The notes under the pieces are model-generated. The model saw nothing but the letters and a program-made list of their open reading frames with translations. It searched no databases and was not told the origin of the DNA. The position numbers were made by a program, and so were the translations under genes. A stretch of DNA of 64,000 nucleotides. It comes from Escherichia phage vB_EcoM_JNE01. The DNA lies in sequence record OR670491; one strand, 5' to 3'. The first letter of the stretch is position 1, and the number at the start of each line of letters is the position of its first letter. This document shows, piece by piece, positions 20,960 through 30,569 of this stretch.

Positions 20960-21413
20960 TTTATTGTAGTAATGACAATCCTGTTGAATGCAGAAATGCA
21001 TATAAATTAGAACCTGATCCTATCGAAAACGTAGATGGCAGATGAGCAGTTCAACAGTGCGATGAGCAAAAGAAACCCGTCAGATGTGGGCATAGTTTGA
21101 ACCCCTCACGGCAATGCGGCTCAATAAAGAACTCCGATAAGATACAGAGAGTTCCTCGATAGACATATAAGGTAAATTCCTTACCAGATTATCTAAGGGA
21201 GTTTTTGATTTATTTCAAAAACAGCTTGAAGTTTGATTGTATAGACTTTCAAGTGAGTGTCAGGATGTTTAAGACTGACGACCGTTGCATATGACTGCGA
21301 TAGAGAGAAACAGAGCAACCCGCTTTCGTTCTTAATTAATTAAGAAATTCGCAATACAATAATTCCGATGCCATCAGCGTCAAGATTAAGAGACTTCATT
21401 GTCTCTTTTTTAT
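20960..21413 (+). ncRNA. Candidate noncoding transcription unit (about 450 nt) bounded by promoter and terminator; function unknown
   Basis: No ORF with RBS; upstream extended -10; internal hairpins (e.g. ATGCA-GAAA-TGCAT around 20990-21005); ends at AGAGAC-ttcatt-GTCTCT-TTTTT terminator 21389-21411; local GC visibly higher than flanks. Confidence 0.3.
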
Positions 21414-21613
21414 TATCTTCATTCCCCTGCGGGGGGATGAAATATCCTCAACAAATCCCGTCAAGTATTAAATCATTTAAAGTTCTTTATAATTATATTA
21501 AAATGAATATGAGTTACGTCAGTAACGAATATTCTTCAGCTAACGAATGAAATGAGTTAGATGAGTTCAATATAATCCTTCTAGTATAATTCAAATCATC
21601 ATAATTTAGATAC

Positions 21614-21638
21614 AAAAAAAACCAGCAATAGATGCTGG
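21614..21638 (-). terminator. Rho-independent terminator (minus strand) after minus-strand operon 22696-21651
   Basis: Minus-strand reading CCAGCA-tctat-TGCTGG-TTTTTTTT. Confidence 0.65.
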
Positions 21639-21650
21639 CTTAGTAGTGAG

Positions 21651-21863
21651 TTACTGCTTCCCGTTGAGTTTTTTAATTTTCTTATTAAATGACTTAACTA
21701 ATAAATTCCTGTCAATTACTGGCATATTAAGGAGTGTTCCGTAGTCAATATTTTCCATATTCACAGCACACTCCATAAGTGCTTCTTTGATCTCTTTTTT
21801 ATTCAGTTCTATTTCCTTCAAAAATTCTTGAATTTCTTCTGGAGTTGACTGGAGAAGCGTCAT
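21651..21863 (-). CDS. Hypothetical small protein (70 aa)
   Basis: ORF translationally coupled (4-nt overlap) to upstream gene 21860-22696. Confidence 0.45.
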   Translation of the reverse strand: MTLLQSTPEEIQEFLKEIELNKKEIKEALMECAVNMENIDYGTLLNMPVIDRNLLVKSFNKKIKKLNGKQ

Positions 21864-22696
21864 GCGAAAAAATGACTAGGGTCATACTTGAGTCCTTCAA
21901 TTTCCCATTGATGAGAACACTCACTGCATTCAACTTCCATAGTATGAGAAATACCTACTTCAAGTACTTCATCCATTTTTTCTTTGATTACTTTAATAAC
22001 TGCTTTGGATTGTTGTCCTAACCATTCTACAATGAATTCCTTTTCAGTTACTTCATCCCCGTCAGGAGTAATAATTTTGTTAATGACTCCAGCGATCATA
22101 TCGAAGTTCAACTGTGCCATCTTTTCAAAGATCTCACCAAATAGTTTAATTTTCTCTTCTTCTTCAATACCAGCACCTTCTAAGTACTTACTTTTCTGCT
22201 GTTCTGCGAACATACGTTCAGCAAAGTCAGAGTATTCCTTCCAAGTCAAAGGACGAAACTCCAAAGTAAGTCCGTTATCTAGGTTGACAGTCGGTACTTC
22301 TTCGAATACACTAGCAGTCTCAAGTAGGAAACTTAAGTCACGTTCAAAACGTCCTTCTTTGTGACATTCAGGACATTCAACGTTGACATCATAAGTAGTT
22401 TCTTTAGATGCTACTTTAATTGCGATAAGAAGTTGCTCAATGTCGTTGACATACAATCCATCTGCATCTATAATGTTTGGTACGCAGTTCTCGATAACAC
22501 GGGATACAGATTCACCACTCAAAAGCATGTCAGGGGTGTTAAGTGTCATCTCATCACGAGCACTACGAGCACAAATGCCACATTTTACGCTTTTACTACC
22601 GAGAACACCTTCACTGTAAGGGATCACGGCATTACTGATTAGTTTAGTACTAAGTTCTTCAATTTTAGTGTATTTTGCTAATGGGTTCATAGCCAT
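21860..22696 (-). CDS. Hypothetical protein with paired Cys-x-x-Cys/His zinc-ribbon-like motifs
   Basis: VKCGICARS, VECPECH, VECSECSH motifs; acidic coiled-coil-like middle. Confidence 0.5.
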   Translation of the reverse strand: MAMNPLAKYTKIEELSTKLISNAVIPYSEGVLGSKSVKCGICARSARDEMTLNTPDMLLSGESVSRVIENCVPNIIDADGLYVNDIEQLLIAIKVASKETTYDVNVECPECHKEGRFERDLSFLLETASVFEEVPTVNLDNGLTLEFRPLTWKEYSDFAERMFAEQQKSKYLEGAGIEEEEKIKLFGEIFEKMAQLNFDMIAGVINKIITPDGDEVTEKEFIVEWLGQQSKAVIKVIKEKMDEVLEVGISHTMEVECSECSHQWEIEGLKYDPSHFFA

Positions 22697-22771
22697 TTTA
22701 GTTTCTCCATGTAATTCAAAAAATGTGTTTATAGTATTTATCCTGATAAATTATCCAAAATGAGGTAAATT

Positions 22772-23308
22772 ATGTTAAAAGATTTTTATAAAAAATATTC
22801 CGAGCGTGTTAAAGCATTCTTTGGGATCTCATTCCTGTGCTTAGTGTTCGCAGCAGGGTTCTTTAGCTATGATTCATATAAAACTGATGAACCACCAGCT
22901 AACCATGCTCTTGAGAAGCTTAAAAGCAAACTACATGAACGTGAGTTGAGTGCGGGTACTCATATGCTACGTGGTAAAGCATACCGCTTTGATTACAGTA
23001 CTAATGAATTTGATAAGAAAGTTTGGGTAATCCTGAACGTGAAGTTCAAAGAAGACAAGGTGTACTTAGGAGACACTTACTCTATTGTACTGACATATAT
23101 CGGAACTGATGCAGATGGTCTTGACTATTATTACAAAGCTCATCATTACATCAAGGGTATCCCTGAATTACAAAAAGAAGGATATTACCTAGATTATCTG
23201 GTTATTCATGACCCAGCACGTAAGGCAGTATCAGTTAATACTACCCCAAGTGGGAACCAAACTGGTGTACCAGACACATTTATCGGAACGCTAGACCCAG
23301 TATTCTAA
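22772..23308 (+). CDS. Membrane-anchored protein (N-terminal transmembrane segment), function unknown
   Basis: Hydrophobic stretch FFGISFLCLVFAAGFF near N-terminus; RBS GAGG upstream; followed by strong terminator. Confidence 0.55.
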   Translation: MLKDFYKKYSERVKAFFGISFLCLVFAAGFFSYDSYKTDEPPANHALEKLKSKLHERELSAGTHMLRGKAYRFDYSTNEFDKKVWVILNVKFKEDKVYLGDTYSIVLTYIGTDADGLDYYYKAHHYIKGIPELQKEGYYLDYLVIHDPARKAVSVNTTPSGNQTGVPDTFIGTLDPVF

Positions 23309-23330
23309 AATAATATAACTAAATCCACTA

Positions 23331-23367
23331 AGCCCAAGGGTATATTCTACTCTTGGGCTTTTTTTAT
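23331..23367 (+). terminator. Rho-independent terminator
   Basis: AGCCCAAG-loop-CTTGGGCT followed by TTTTTTTAT. Confidence 0.7.
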
Positions 23368-23419
23368 TCAAAAAATGTCATAAATATCTTTATACTACAA
23401 TTTATTAAAAGGGATTGTT

Positions 23420-25651
23420 ATGGCTATCAATACGAGTGATTACCTTCTTCAGCAGTTGGTTAATCAGAATAAAGATAATAACGATAGTTTAACTGCAATA
23501 AGAGAACTATTGGCTGACAACTTAAAACAGAATTCTAAGAAAAAGACAGGCTCCAGTAGTCCAGGTTCCCCAAGACCAGGTGGTTCCGGTGGACGTGGTG
23601 GTTCAGGAAGCGGTTCCGGTAACAAAAACACTTTCGGAAAAATGTTTAAATCACTATCATCTGAAGTTTCTAACGTAAGTAAAACAATGATGAACAGTAG
23701 TGCGAACGTAAGCACTGTAGTGAACTCATTAGGTATGAGTGCATCATCAGCAGCCGGAGCATTAACAATGATTCCTGGCCCGATTGGTGTAGCTGCAACT
23801 GCATTTAAAATGGTAGCTGACGTAGGAATGGCAGTATACAACGTCCTGAACGCACAATTAGAAGTCTACACTAAAATTAACAGTGCAGGTGTTGCATTGG
23901 CTGAAGGTTATGGTTCAGTACTGAAAGGTGCTGGTGCGTCAATGATGAGTGTTGACAACTTTGCTGCGGCATTACAAACACACAGTGCTGTTGTTGCACA
24001 GTTGGATGGGGTTTATGGGGATGGTGTATCATCATTTGGTAAATTATTGGGAAGTGTTCAATTGGCACAAAACCAATTAGGCTTATATGGTGTATCACAA
24101 CAAACTCTAACTGATTTAACTGCACGTAATATTAAATTCCAAAAACAATACGGTGGGGCTGAAATGATTCGTAATATGAATCAGGCTCAAAGTAGTGAAC
24201 AGTTTATTACTACATTAACTAAATTCAGTAAAAGTATAGGTGAATCAGTAGATTCATTATTGAATAAAACAAAGAACTTGGATAAATCTATTGATACTCG
24301 TTCTATGATCATTGCACTTAAAAACTATTCTCATTTACCAAAAGAAACTGCTGCTCTTACATCAAAAGCTTTTAACGAAGCTGCATCTTCAATGGGTGAT
24401 ATGGGCAGTGATTATTTGCGTTTGATTTCTCATAGACTATCAATTGGTGGTATTCCTGATGACCTATTTTCTCCAGTACTGAATGAGGTTGCGGATCTTG
24501 GTGAGTATATGGTTAAGTCTGGGATTACAGATGCTAATGTAATTCGCCAGAAACAAATCGAGTACGTTCGTGCTAACCGTGAAACAATTGAACAAGATAT
24601 TCTTTATCAACGTAGTATCGGTAATGAACAAGCTGCCCTATTTGAAAGTCAATTACTAGACCTAGAAGCAGCAGCGAATGACCCTAAAAATAGCCCAGCA
24701 GATAAACTAACACAATTCACAAACCGCTTTAATATGTGGATTAGTAAAACATTCTCTGAACCATTTAATAAACTCTATGCTGATACACAGAATTCAGTAG
24801 TTGATTACCTTTCTGGTATTGCAGATAGAACTGATGGTGCATGGGAATTCCTATGGGAATTTGCTAAGGATGGTTTCGGATTAATCCCAATTGCTAAAGA
24901 TGCAATAGAATATGTTGATGGCCTAGGTGCAGAATTCTCAACTTGGTTGGATAATTTGGGTTCCGATTTAATGGGTGGCTCATATGATAAGATTTCTAAT
25001 GCGTTTAACTCTTTCATTGATAACCTAGTTGATTTGCCTGGTAAACTTTGGGATTCAGTTTCTGGTTGGTTTGGTGGCGGTGAAAAAGAAAAACCTAAAA
25101 CACAAGAACCATCTGTGGATGTTACCAATAAGTCCCAGTATATAACCACCGAACAGACAACACTAAATAAGATTACAGATTCAGTTATGGGGTTGTTTGA
25201 TTCGATATATACACCATTCAAACAGTGGAATGACGCAAGAACATGGACACCACCTAAGCCAACAGATAAAGAAGCAATGTGGCGTATGGGTGATCTAATC
25301 TCTAGTAATAATGGTAAAAAACCAATATCTACTCCACGTATTGAGAAAACCGAAAACGTGGTTCCAGATGTAGTACTGGAAAGAAAAATGTTTGATAAAT
25401 CAGCTTGGAAGCCCGGTGAAGCACCTTATCAAGCCGAAAAGCCAATTGATTTTGAGTCATTTGTCAATGATCGCAAAGACCTAAATATAACAAACAGGGC
25501 AGACGTACCGCAACTACAAGCTATGGATGAACAGTCAGAGATTTTGAAACGCTTGGCTGATGCATCAGAAGCATCACTGTCAGCCATTCAACAAACAAAT
25601 AACTTCTTGAGAACTATCTCTGAGAACACTCAAGGTGAAAGAAACAGTTAA
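23420..25651 (+). CDS. Large virion-associated protein (743 aa), possibly tape-measure-like or internal/ejected protein
   Basis: Gly/Ser-rich N-terminal low-complexity tract, Ala/Gly-rich helical body; immediately upstream of portal gene; function not verified. Confidence 0.5.
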   Translation: MAINTSDYLLQQLVNQNKDNNDSLTAIRELLADNLKQNSKKKTGSSSPGSPRPGGSGGRGGSGSGSGNKNTFGKMFKSLSSEVSNVSKTMMNSSANVSTVVNSLGMSASSAAGALTMIPGPIGVAATAFKMVADVGMAVYNVLNAQLEVYTKINSAGVALAEGYGSVLKGAGASMMSVDNFAAALQTHSAVVAQLDGVYGDGVSSFGKLLGSVQLAQNQLGLYGVSQQTLTDLTARNIKFQKQYGGAEMIRNMNQAQSSEQFITTLTKFSKSIGESVDSLLNKTKNLDKSIDTRSMIIALKNYSHLPKETAALTSKAFNEAASSMGDMGSDYLRLISHRLSIGGIPDDLFSPVLNEVADLGEYMVKSGITDANVIRQKQIEYVRANRETIEQDILYQRSIGNEQAALFESQLLDLEAAANDPKNSPADKLTQFTNRFNMWISKTFSEPFNKLYADTQNSVVDYLSGIADRTDGAWEFLWEFAKDGFGLIPIAKDAIEYVDGLGAEFSTWLDNLGSDLMGGSYDKISNAFNSFIDNLVDLPGKLWDSVSGWFGGGEKEKPKTQEPSVDVTNKSQYITTEQTTLNKITDSVMGLFDSIYTPFKQWNDARTWTPPKPTDKEAMWRMGDLISSNNGKKPISTPRIEKTENVVPDVVLERKMFDKSAWKPGEAPYQAEKPIDFESFVNDRKDLNITNRADVPQLQAMDEQSEILKRLADASEASLSAIQQTNNFLRTISENTQGERNS

Positions 25652-25661
25652 GGACATAATA

Positions 25662-27398
25662 ATGAGTTGGAAACGACATATGACAGTTGGGAGATCGAAA
25701 CTTTCGAAAACCCCAAATCAGTCCAGTAATAGCAATAAAACTACAGGTTCAAAGTCAAATTTCGCTTCGTACCTACCAATAGTTTATAATGGTCTGGCTA
25801 ACCGTACTGATCGTTATAGTCAGTACGACCAAATGGACCAAGATCCTGAAATTAGAACTGCTCTAAACATTATAGCAGACTTCTGTACACAAAGTACTGA
25901 GGATTTTGGTCTACCTTACAAAATTAAATATAAAGACGATATCGGTGATACCGAAGTCACTACCATTGAAGACCGTCTTGATGCTTGGACAGAACAAAAC
26001 GACTTCAAAACCAGAATGTATGAAATTGTTCGTGGCCTTTTAAAATACGGCGACCAATTCTTTATTCGTGACCCTGAAACATATGACTGGTACTGGGTAA
26101 GCCCACAAAACGTTGAACAAGTATTTGTCAACGAGGCAACAGGCAAAACCCCAGTTATCTATTATATTCGTGACGTATCATTGAATCTAAAAGATAAAGT
26201 CTTTAGTAACCTTCAAGTTGGTTTTGACAAAACAGCATATCCTGGTGGCATCCCATCTACTCTAGGTGGCGGCGGTGCAGTAGCAGCAGGTGGTGCTTCC
26301 GGCTTCACTAACCAAGGAAATACCTCCGACCCATTCAGTACTAACGGTCGTATGGATGTTATCCCAGTTGGTGCAGAACACGTCATTCACCTAACACTAA
26401 ATACAGGACAAGATGGCGTTTGGCCTTTTGGTTCTAGTATACTCGAAGATGTCTTTAAAGTATATAAACAAAAAGAGCTACTCGAAGATAGTATCATTAT
26501 CTATCGTGTTCAGCGTGCTCCAGAACGTCGCGTATTTAAAATTGACTGCGGTGATATGCAAACACACCAAGCTATGGCTTATGTAGAACGCTTCAAAAAT
26601 GAAATACACCAACGCCGTATACCTTCTAATAAAGGTGGCAGTACTTCACTAATGGATGCAGCATATAACCCACTAAGTATTCTAGAAGATTACTTTTTCC
26701 CACAAACTTCAGAAGGTCGTGGTTCAGATGTTCAAACCCTACCTGGTGGTGATAACTTAGGTCAGATTGATGACTTACGTTACTTTAATAATAAATTAGT
26801 TCGTGGCCTACAAATCCCAGCATCATACCTTCCACAAGGTCCAGATGATGGCGGTGTTTCAATGTTTGGTGACGGTGCAACACAAGCAATGGCAAGTGAA
26901 CTTCGTTTTAATAACCAATGTATGCGTTATCAACGTTTAGTACAAAAAGTATTTGATAGTGAATTTAAACGTTTTATGGTTAAAAATGGATACAACATTA
27001 GTACTTCTTCTTTTGAAGTAATTATGAATCCACCAATGAACCTAGCATCTTACCGTAAAGCAGAACTAGATGCAAAACTAATTAACACTTACATGCCATT
27101 GAATGATCTACCTTATATGTCTAAACAGACTATTCTTAAGAAAATGGGCTTCTCCCAAGCTGATATTGTTGAAAACGAACAATTGTGGCTACAAGAAAAC
27201 CCTCAAGACGGTAGTAATCAACCGACTTCAGAAGACGATGCAGCAGGTTTACAATCAGTTGGTATCGACGCTCCAAATGACCCAGGAATGGATTTAGGGT
27301 TGGATGACGAAGGAAACTTGGAAAGTGCTGATGCAGAATACCAAGAACAACAAGGAAGTGCCTCTTTTGACCCGAATAATTTAGGCGATTCTTTTTAA
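25662..27398 (+). CDS. Portal protein, T4 gp20-like
   Basis: IYRVQRAPERRVFKID and TLPGGDNLGQIDDLRYF regions parallel T4 gp20 IYRITRAPDRRVWYVD / TLPGADNTGNMEDIRWF; ATG 25662 has RBS AAGGA; track ORF begins 25635. Confidence 0.85.
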   Translation: MSWKRHMTVGRSKLSKTPNQSSNSNKTTGSKSNFASYLPIVYNGLANRTDRYSQYDQMDQDPEIRTALNIIADFCTQSTEDFGLPYKIKYKDDIGDTEVTTIEDRLDAWTEQNDFKTRMYEIVRGLLKYGDQFFIRDPETYDWYWVSPQNVEQVFVNEATGKTPVIYYIRDVSLNLKDKVFSNLQVGFDKTAYPGGIPSTLGGGGAVAAGGASGFTNQGNTSDPFSTNGRMDVIPVGAEHVIHLTLNTGQDGVWPFGSSILEDVFKVYKQKELLEDSIIIYRVQRAPERRVFKIDCGDMQTHQAMAYVERFKNEIHQRRIPSNKGGSTSLMDAAYNPLSILEDYFFPQTSEGRGSDVQTLPGGDNLGQIDDLRYFNNKLVRGLQIPASYLPQGPDDGGVSMFGDGATQAMASELRFNNQCMRYQRLVQKVFDSEFKRFMVKNGYNISTSSFEVIMNPPMNLASYRKAELDAKLINTYMPLNDLPYMSKQTILKKMGFSQADIVENEQLWLQENPQDGSNQPTSEDDAAGLQSVGIDAPNDPGMDLGLDDEGNLESADAEYQEQQGSASFDPNNLGDSF

Positions 27399-27472
27399 TA
27401 ATAAATAACAATGTATAAAAATGAGGGTGATTAATTCATCCTCATTATAATGCATTATTCAAAGGAGACGAA

Positions 27473-27700
27473 ATGTTAAAGGACATCTTTGAATCTAGCA
27501 GTGATTCTATGTACGACCCTGAAGATGATCAGAACGTTTATAAAATTACTGATTCTCGTAAACCAAAATTAACATTACAAGTACTGAACAATTTAAGAAA
27601 GTACCGTGAGTTTAAGGCACATGAAGAACAACGACGCAAAGCAGTTGTTGCAGTTGTTTATGCCCCAGCACCCGCTGGAGATGGTTCTGGATTAATGTAA
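27473..27700 (+). CDS. Small head-module protein (75 aa), function unknown
   Basis: ORF between portal and prohead core genes with RBS AGGAG. Confidence 0.45.
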   Translation: MLKDIFESSSDSMYDPEDDQNVYKITDSRKPKLTLQVLNNLRKYREFKAHEEQRRKAVVAVVYAPAPAGDGSGLM

Positions 27701-27751
27701 ACAAAAATCGCACTTTTTAAAGCGTTTAAAAATGGCGAAATTTTTCAGTAC

Positions 27752-27763
27752 TAAATAATATCA
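27752..27763 (+). promoter_or_regulatory. Late-promoter-like motif TAAATAATATCA
   Basis: Same 12-mer occurs upstream of major capsid gene and twice (minus strand) upstream of the 41948-43240 paralog pair. Confidence 0.4.
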
Positions 27764-27800
27764 TACTTTATACGAATATAATATATCTATGGAGGATATA

Positions 27801-28643
27801 ATGGCGAATTTAAAACTACTACAAGAAGCAATTGAAGCTTTCGCAAACGGCGAGCAAGATGTTGCAGATAAAAAAATGCGTAAGTACTTTGTTGAGCAAG
27901 CTCAAGAAATTAACAAAGAACTAGAAGAAAGCATGGAAGACGAAGAAGAAATTGAAGTCAAGGATGAAGAAAAACTTGATGAAGATTTCGATGTACAACC
28001 TGATGCTGGCCTAAACTCTGAAATCGAATTCGCTCTAGGTGAAGAAGATGAAAGTGCCGAAGCTGAAGTCGAAGAATTTGGTTCTGAAGACGATGGCGAA
28101 GTTGAAGTTGGTGCTGAAGAAGAAGTTGAAGGTGATGCTGGTGTTCCTTCCGAAGATCAATGGGAATCCATTCAAGATGCTTTCCGTGGCCTACAAGACA
28201 TGTTTGATGAAATCGGTGGCGATGTAGACGTTGACCTAGACTCTGAAGAAGAAGTTGAAGGTGATGTTGAAGAATTTGGTGCTGATGGTGAAGAAGCAGA
28301 AGACGAATTTAGTGATGTTCAATTCGGTGATGAAAAAGTTGGTGAATCTTTCAAACTAAAACCAGTAGCTGGTGTTGATAAGAAAGAAAAAGCTGGTGCT
28401 AACACCAAGTCCCCAGTGGCTGGTCAAGCAAAATCTCCAGTAGCTGGCGTAGAACCAGTTAAATTCGCTAAAGCAACCGAAACTCAAGTTGATGACGATT
28501 TCGAAACCGCTGACACCCTATCTGCTAAGAAAGAAGATATGGCTAAAAATGCTCGTGGTGAAATGAAAGACGTTAAAGCACCTAAAGTTGCCGCTGCTGC
28601 GAAAAGTCGCTCAGTACTACCAAAATCTCAACCAAAAATCTAA
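27801..28643 (+). CDS. Highly acidic, repeat-containing prohead core / internal head protein
   Basis: Asp/Glu-rich with internal repeats (EEEVEGD..., KSPVAG x2); position between portal and prohead protease as for T4 core proteins. Confidence 0.55.
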   Translation: MANLKLLQEAIEAFANGEQDVADKKMRKYFVEQAQEINKELEESMEDEEEIEVKDEEKLDEDFDVQPDAGLNSEIEFALGEEDESAEAEVEEFGSEDDGEVEVGAEEEVEGDAGVPSEDQWESIQDAFRGLQDMFDEIGGDVDVDLDSEEEVEGDVEEFGADGEEAEDEFSDVQFGDEKVGESFKLKPVAGVDKKEKAGANTKSPVAGQAKSPVAGVEPVKFAKATETQVDDDFETADTLSAKKEDMAKNARGEMKDVKAPKVAAAAKSRSVLPKSQPKI

Positions 28644-28674
28644 CAATAAATAAAAGAAAGAAGGAGATCATTAT

Positions 28675-29295
28675 ATGAGTATGATTCGTGAATGGTCTTC
28701 ATTCAATGATTCTAATATTGTTCTGGAACATCGTGATAACGGATTTGGCGGTCGTGATTGCTACCTACGTGGTATTGCAATTCAGGCCGACCAAAGAAAC
28801 TTGAACGAGAGAATTTACCCTTTATCTGAAATTACGAAGGCCGTAAATAATATGGGTCAACGTTTAGCTAAAGGGGAAAGCATTCTAGTAGAATGTGACC
28901 ATCCAGAAACATTAACCATTAACCTAGACCGTGTAGCTGCAATGATTACCAAAGTCTGGATGGAAGGTGCTAATGGTATGGCAGAAATCAAATTGCTTGA
29001 TACTGCTCATGGTCAAAATATTCGTAAAATGCTAGAGGCTGGCGTAAAACTTGGTGTCAGTTCACGCGGTTCCGGTAACGTAGATTATAATGGAATAGTT
29101 TCTGATTTTGAAATTATCACTATCGATATTGTTGCTCAACCTAGTGCTCCAGAGGCATACCCAACTGCGGTATTTGAATCTCTAATGAGCAAGTACGGAT
29201 CACCTTGTAATAGTCCTAAAAAAATCAATGAATCTAAAACAGTAAATAATGTAGATTCTGAAATTTACGATTTTTTCAAGAAATTAAAAGGTTAA
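28675..29295 (+). CDS. Prohead core protease, T4 gp21-like
   Basis: LNERIYPLSE, GESILVECDHPE, VWMEGANGMAEIKLLDT, GVKLGVSSRGSGN closely parallel T4 gp21 motifs. Confidence 0.85.
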   Translation: MSMIREWSSFNDSNIVLEHRDNGFGGRDCYLRGIAIQADQRNLNERIYPLSEITKAVNNMGQRLAKGESILVECDHPETLTINLDRVAAMITKVWMEGANGMAEIKLLDTAHGQNIRKMLEAGVKLGVSSRGSGNVDYNGIVSDFEIITIDIVAQPSAPEAYPTAVFESLMSKYGSPCNSPKKINESKTVNNVDSEIYDFFKKLKG

Positions 29296-29311
29296 CATTT
29301 TAAAAATATAA

Positions 29312-29337
29312 ATATCTGTATGTTGAAGTACAGATAT
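29312..29337 (+). promoter_or_regulatory. Perfect 9-bp stem hairpin between protease and scaffold genes (attenuator/processing candidate)
   Basis: ATATCTGTA-tgttgaag-TACAGATAT; weak T-run after. Confidence 0.35.
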
Positions 29338-29362
29338 TTCAGTACTTAAAGGAGAGAACAGG

Positions 29363-30478
29363 ATGTCTAAATTAGAAAAGCTTCTAAAAGAATCATCACT
29401 TTCTGATGAGGCAAAACAGCTAATTCAGGAAGCATGGAATGAAGAAAAGAATACACTTGCCGCAGAAATGCGTGAAGAAATGAAAGGTCGATACAAACAA
29501 GATTTGTCCGAGCTAACCGAAGGTCTAAATACTATGGTTACTCAAGTTATCGCTGAAGAAATGGGTGCAGTATATGATGAGAAAAAACGTCTTGTAGAAG
29601 ACCGTGTAACTCTTCGTAAAACCCTAGGTAATTTCTCTCAGTTCGCAAACTCTGTATTGGCTGAAGAAGTCAAACAACTACGTAAAGAACGTAAACATCT
29701 AAGAGAAAGTATGAGCAAATTTGTTAATTTCTCAAACGGTATCTTAGCTGAAGAACTAAAAGAATTCCACGTGGAAAAACGTCAACTAGTAGAAACTCGC
29801 GTTAAACTACTTGCTGAAGGTTCCCGTCAAATTGCTGAAGCACGTAACAACTTCATCAAACGTACCTCTGAAAGTGCTGCTAAATACATTGCAGAAACAA
29901 CTCAGAAGAACCTATACGCTTTGAAACAAGATCTTGTTGAAGCAAAACAAAATATGTTTGGTCGTAAAATTTTCGAAGCATTTGCTCAAGAATTCCATAT
30001 CAAACAATTTAACGAGAATTCACTTCTACGTTCCCTAACTGAATCAGTTAAGTCTAAAGAAGACGAAATTGCTCAAGTTAAATCTGAACTAAATGAATCT
30101 GTTGCTGCTGTTAAAGCTGCGAAAACCAAACTCCGTATTATGGAAGATACTCAAACCCGTAATGCAATTATGTCCGAGTTGGTGAAGCCACTAAATACTC
30201 AGCAAAAACAAATTATGGAATCCCTTCTAGCTACTTCTCCTACAGAAAAGCTTAAAGACGATTTCAGCAAGTACCATAAGTCAGTACTTAACGGTACTAA
30301 AGTAAATGAATCTGCTACCTCTCGTCAAGCAGTTCAGTCTTCAGCTAAGAAAACTCTTGCCGAAGGTAAAGTAATCACTGGCAACCGTCAGGCTATTGTT
30401 GAAAGCGAAGAAATGACCGCTGACGATATGGCATTCCTAAAAGAACTCGATGTTCTTTCTGGTATCAATAAAAAATAA
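29363..30478 (+). CDS. Scaffolding (prohead core) protein, gp22-like
   Basis: Coiled-coil-rich, charged 371-aa protein between protease and major capsid genes. Confidence 0.6.
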   Translation: MSKLEKLLKESSLSDEAKQLIQEAWNEEKNTLAAEMREEMKGRYKQDLSELTEGLNTMVTQVIAEEMGAVYDEKKRLVEDRVTLRKTLGNFSQFANSVLAEEVKQLRKERKHLRESMSKFVNFSNGILAEELKEFHVEKRQLVETRVKLLAEGSRQIAEARNNFIKRTSESAAKYIAETTQKNLYALKQDLVEAKQNMFGRKIFEAFAQEFHIKQFNENSLLRSLTESVKSKEDEIAQVKSELNESVAAVKAAKTKLRIMEDTQTRNAIMSELVKPLNTQQKQIMESLLATSPTEKLKDDFSKYHKSVLNGTKVNESATSRQAVQSSAKKTLAEGKVITGNRQAIVESEEMTADDMAFLKELDVLSGINKK

Positions 30479-30516
30479 ACATTTTAAAGCATTTTAATAA
30501 TCAATCTTTTCAGTTC

Positions 30517-30524
30517 TATAAATA
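30517..30524 (+). promoter_or_regulatory. T4-type late promoter TATAAATA upstream of major capsid gene
   Basis: CTATAAATAATATCATACTG about 45 nt upstream of ATG 30570. Confidence 0.55.
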
Positions 30525-30569
30525 ATATCATACTGAAAAACGAATATAACATCTTTAAGGAGATATACA

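Noticed and set aside
21368-21550. 60-aa ORF in the intergenic region
   Set aside because: No ribosome-binding site, spans a terminator hairpin, low-complexity translation; more likely non-coding.
20940-21650. Possible tRNA genes in the long intergenic region
   Set aside because: No T-loop-like GGTTCGAATCC/GTTCAAATCC motif in either orientation and no cloverleaf-compatible acceptor pairing seen by eye; by-eye scanning is weak for tRNAs, so tRNAscan-type analysis is still advised.
23464-23841. 125-aa minus-strand ORF
   Set aside because: Antisense to the Gly/Ser-rich tract of the 743-aa gene; low-complexity artefact.
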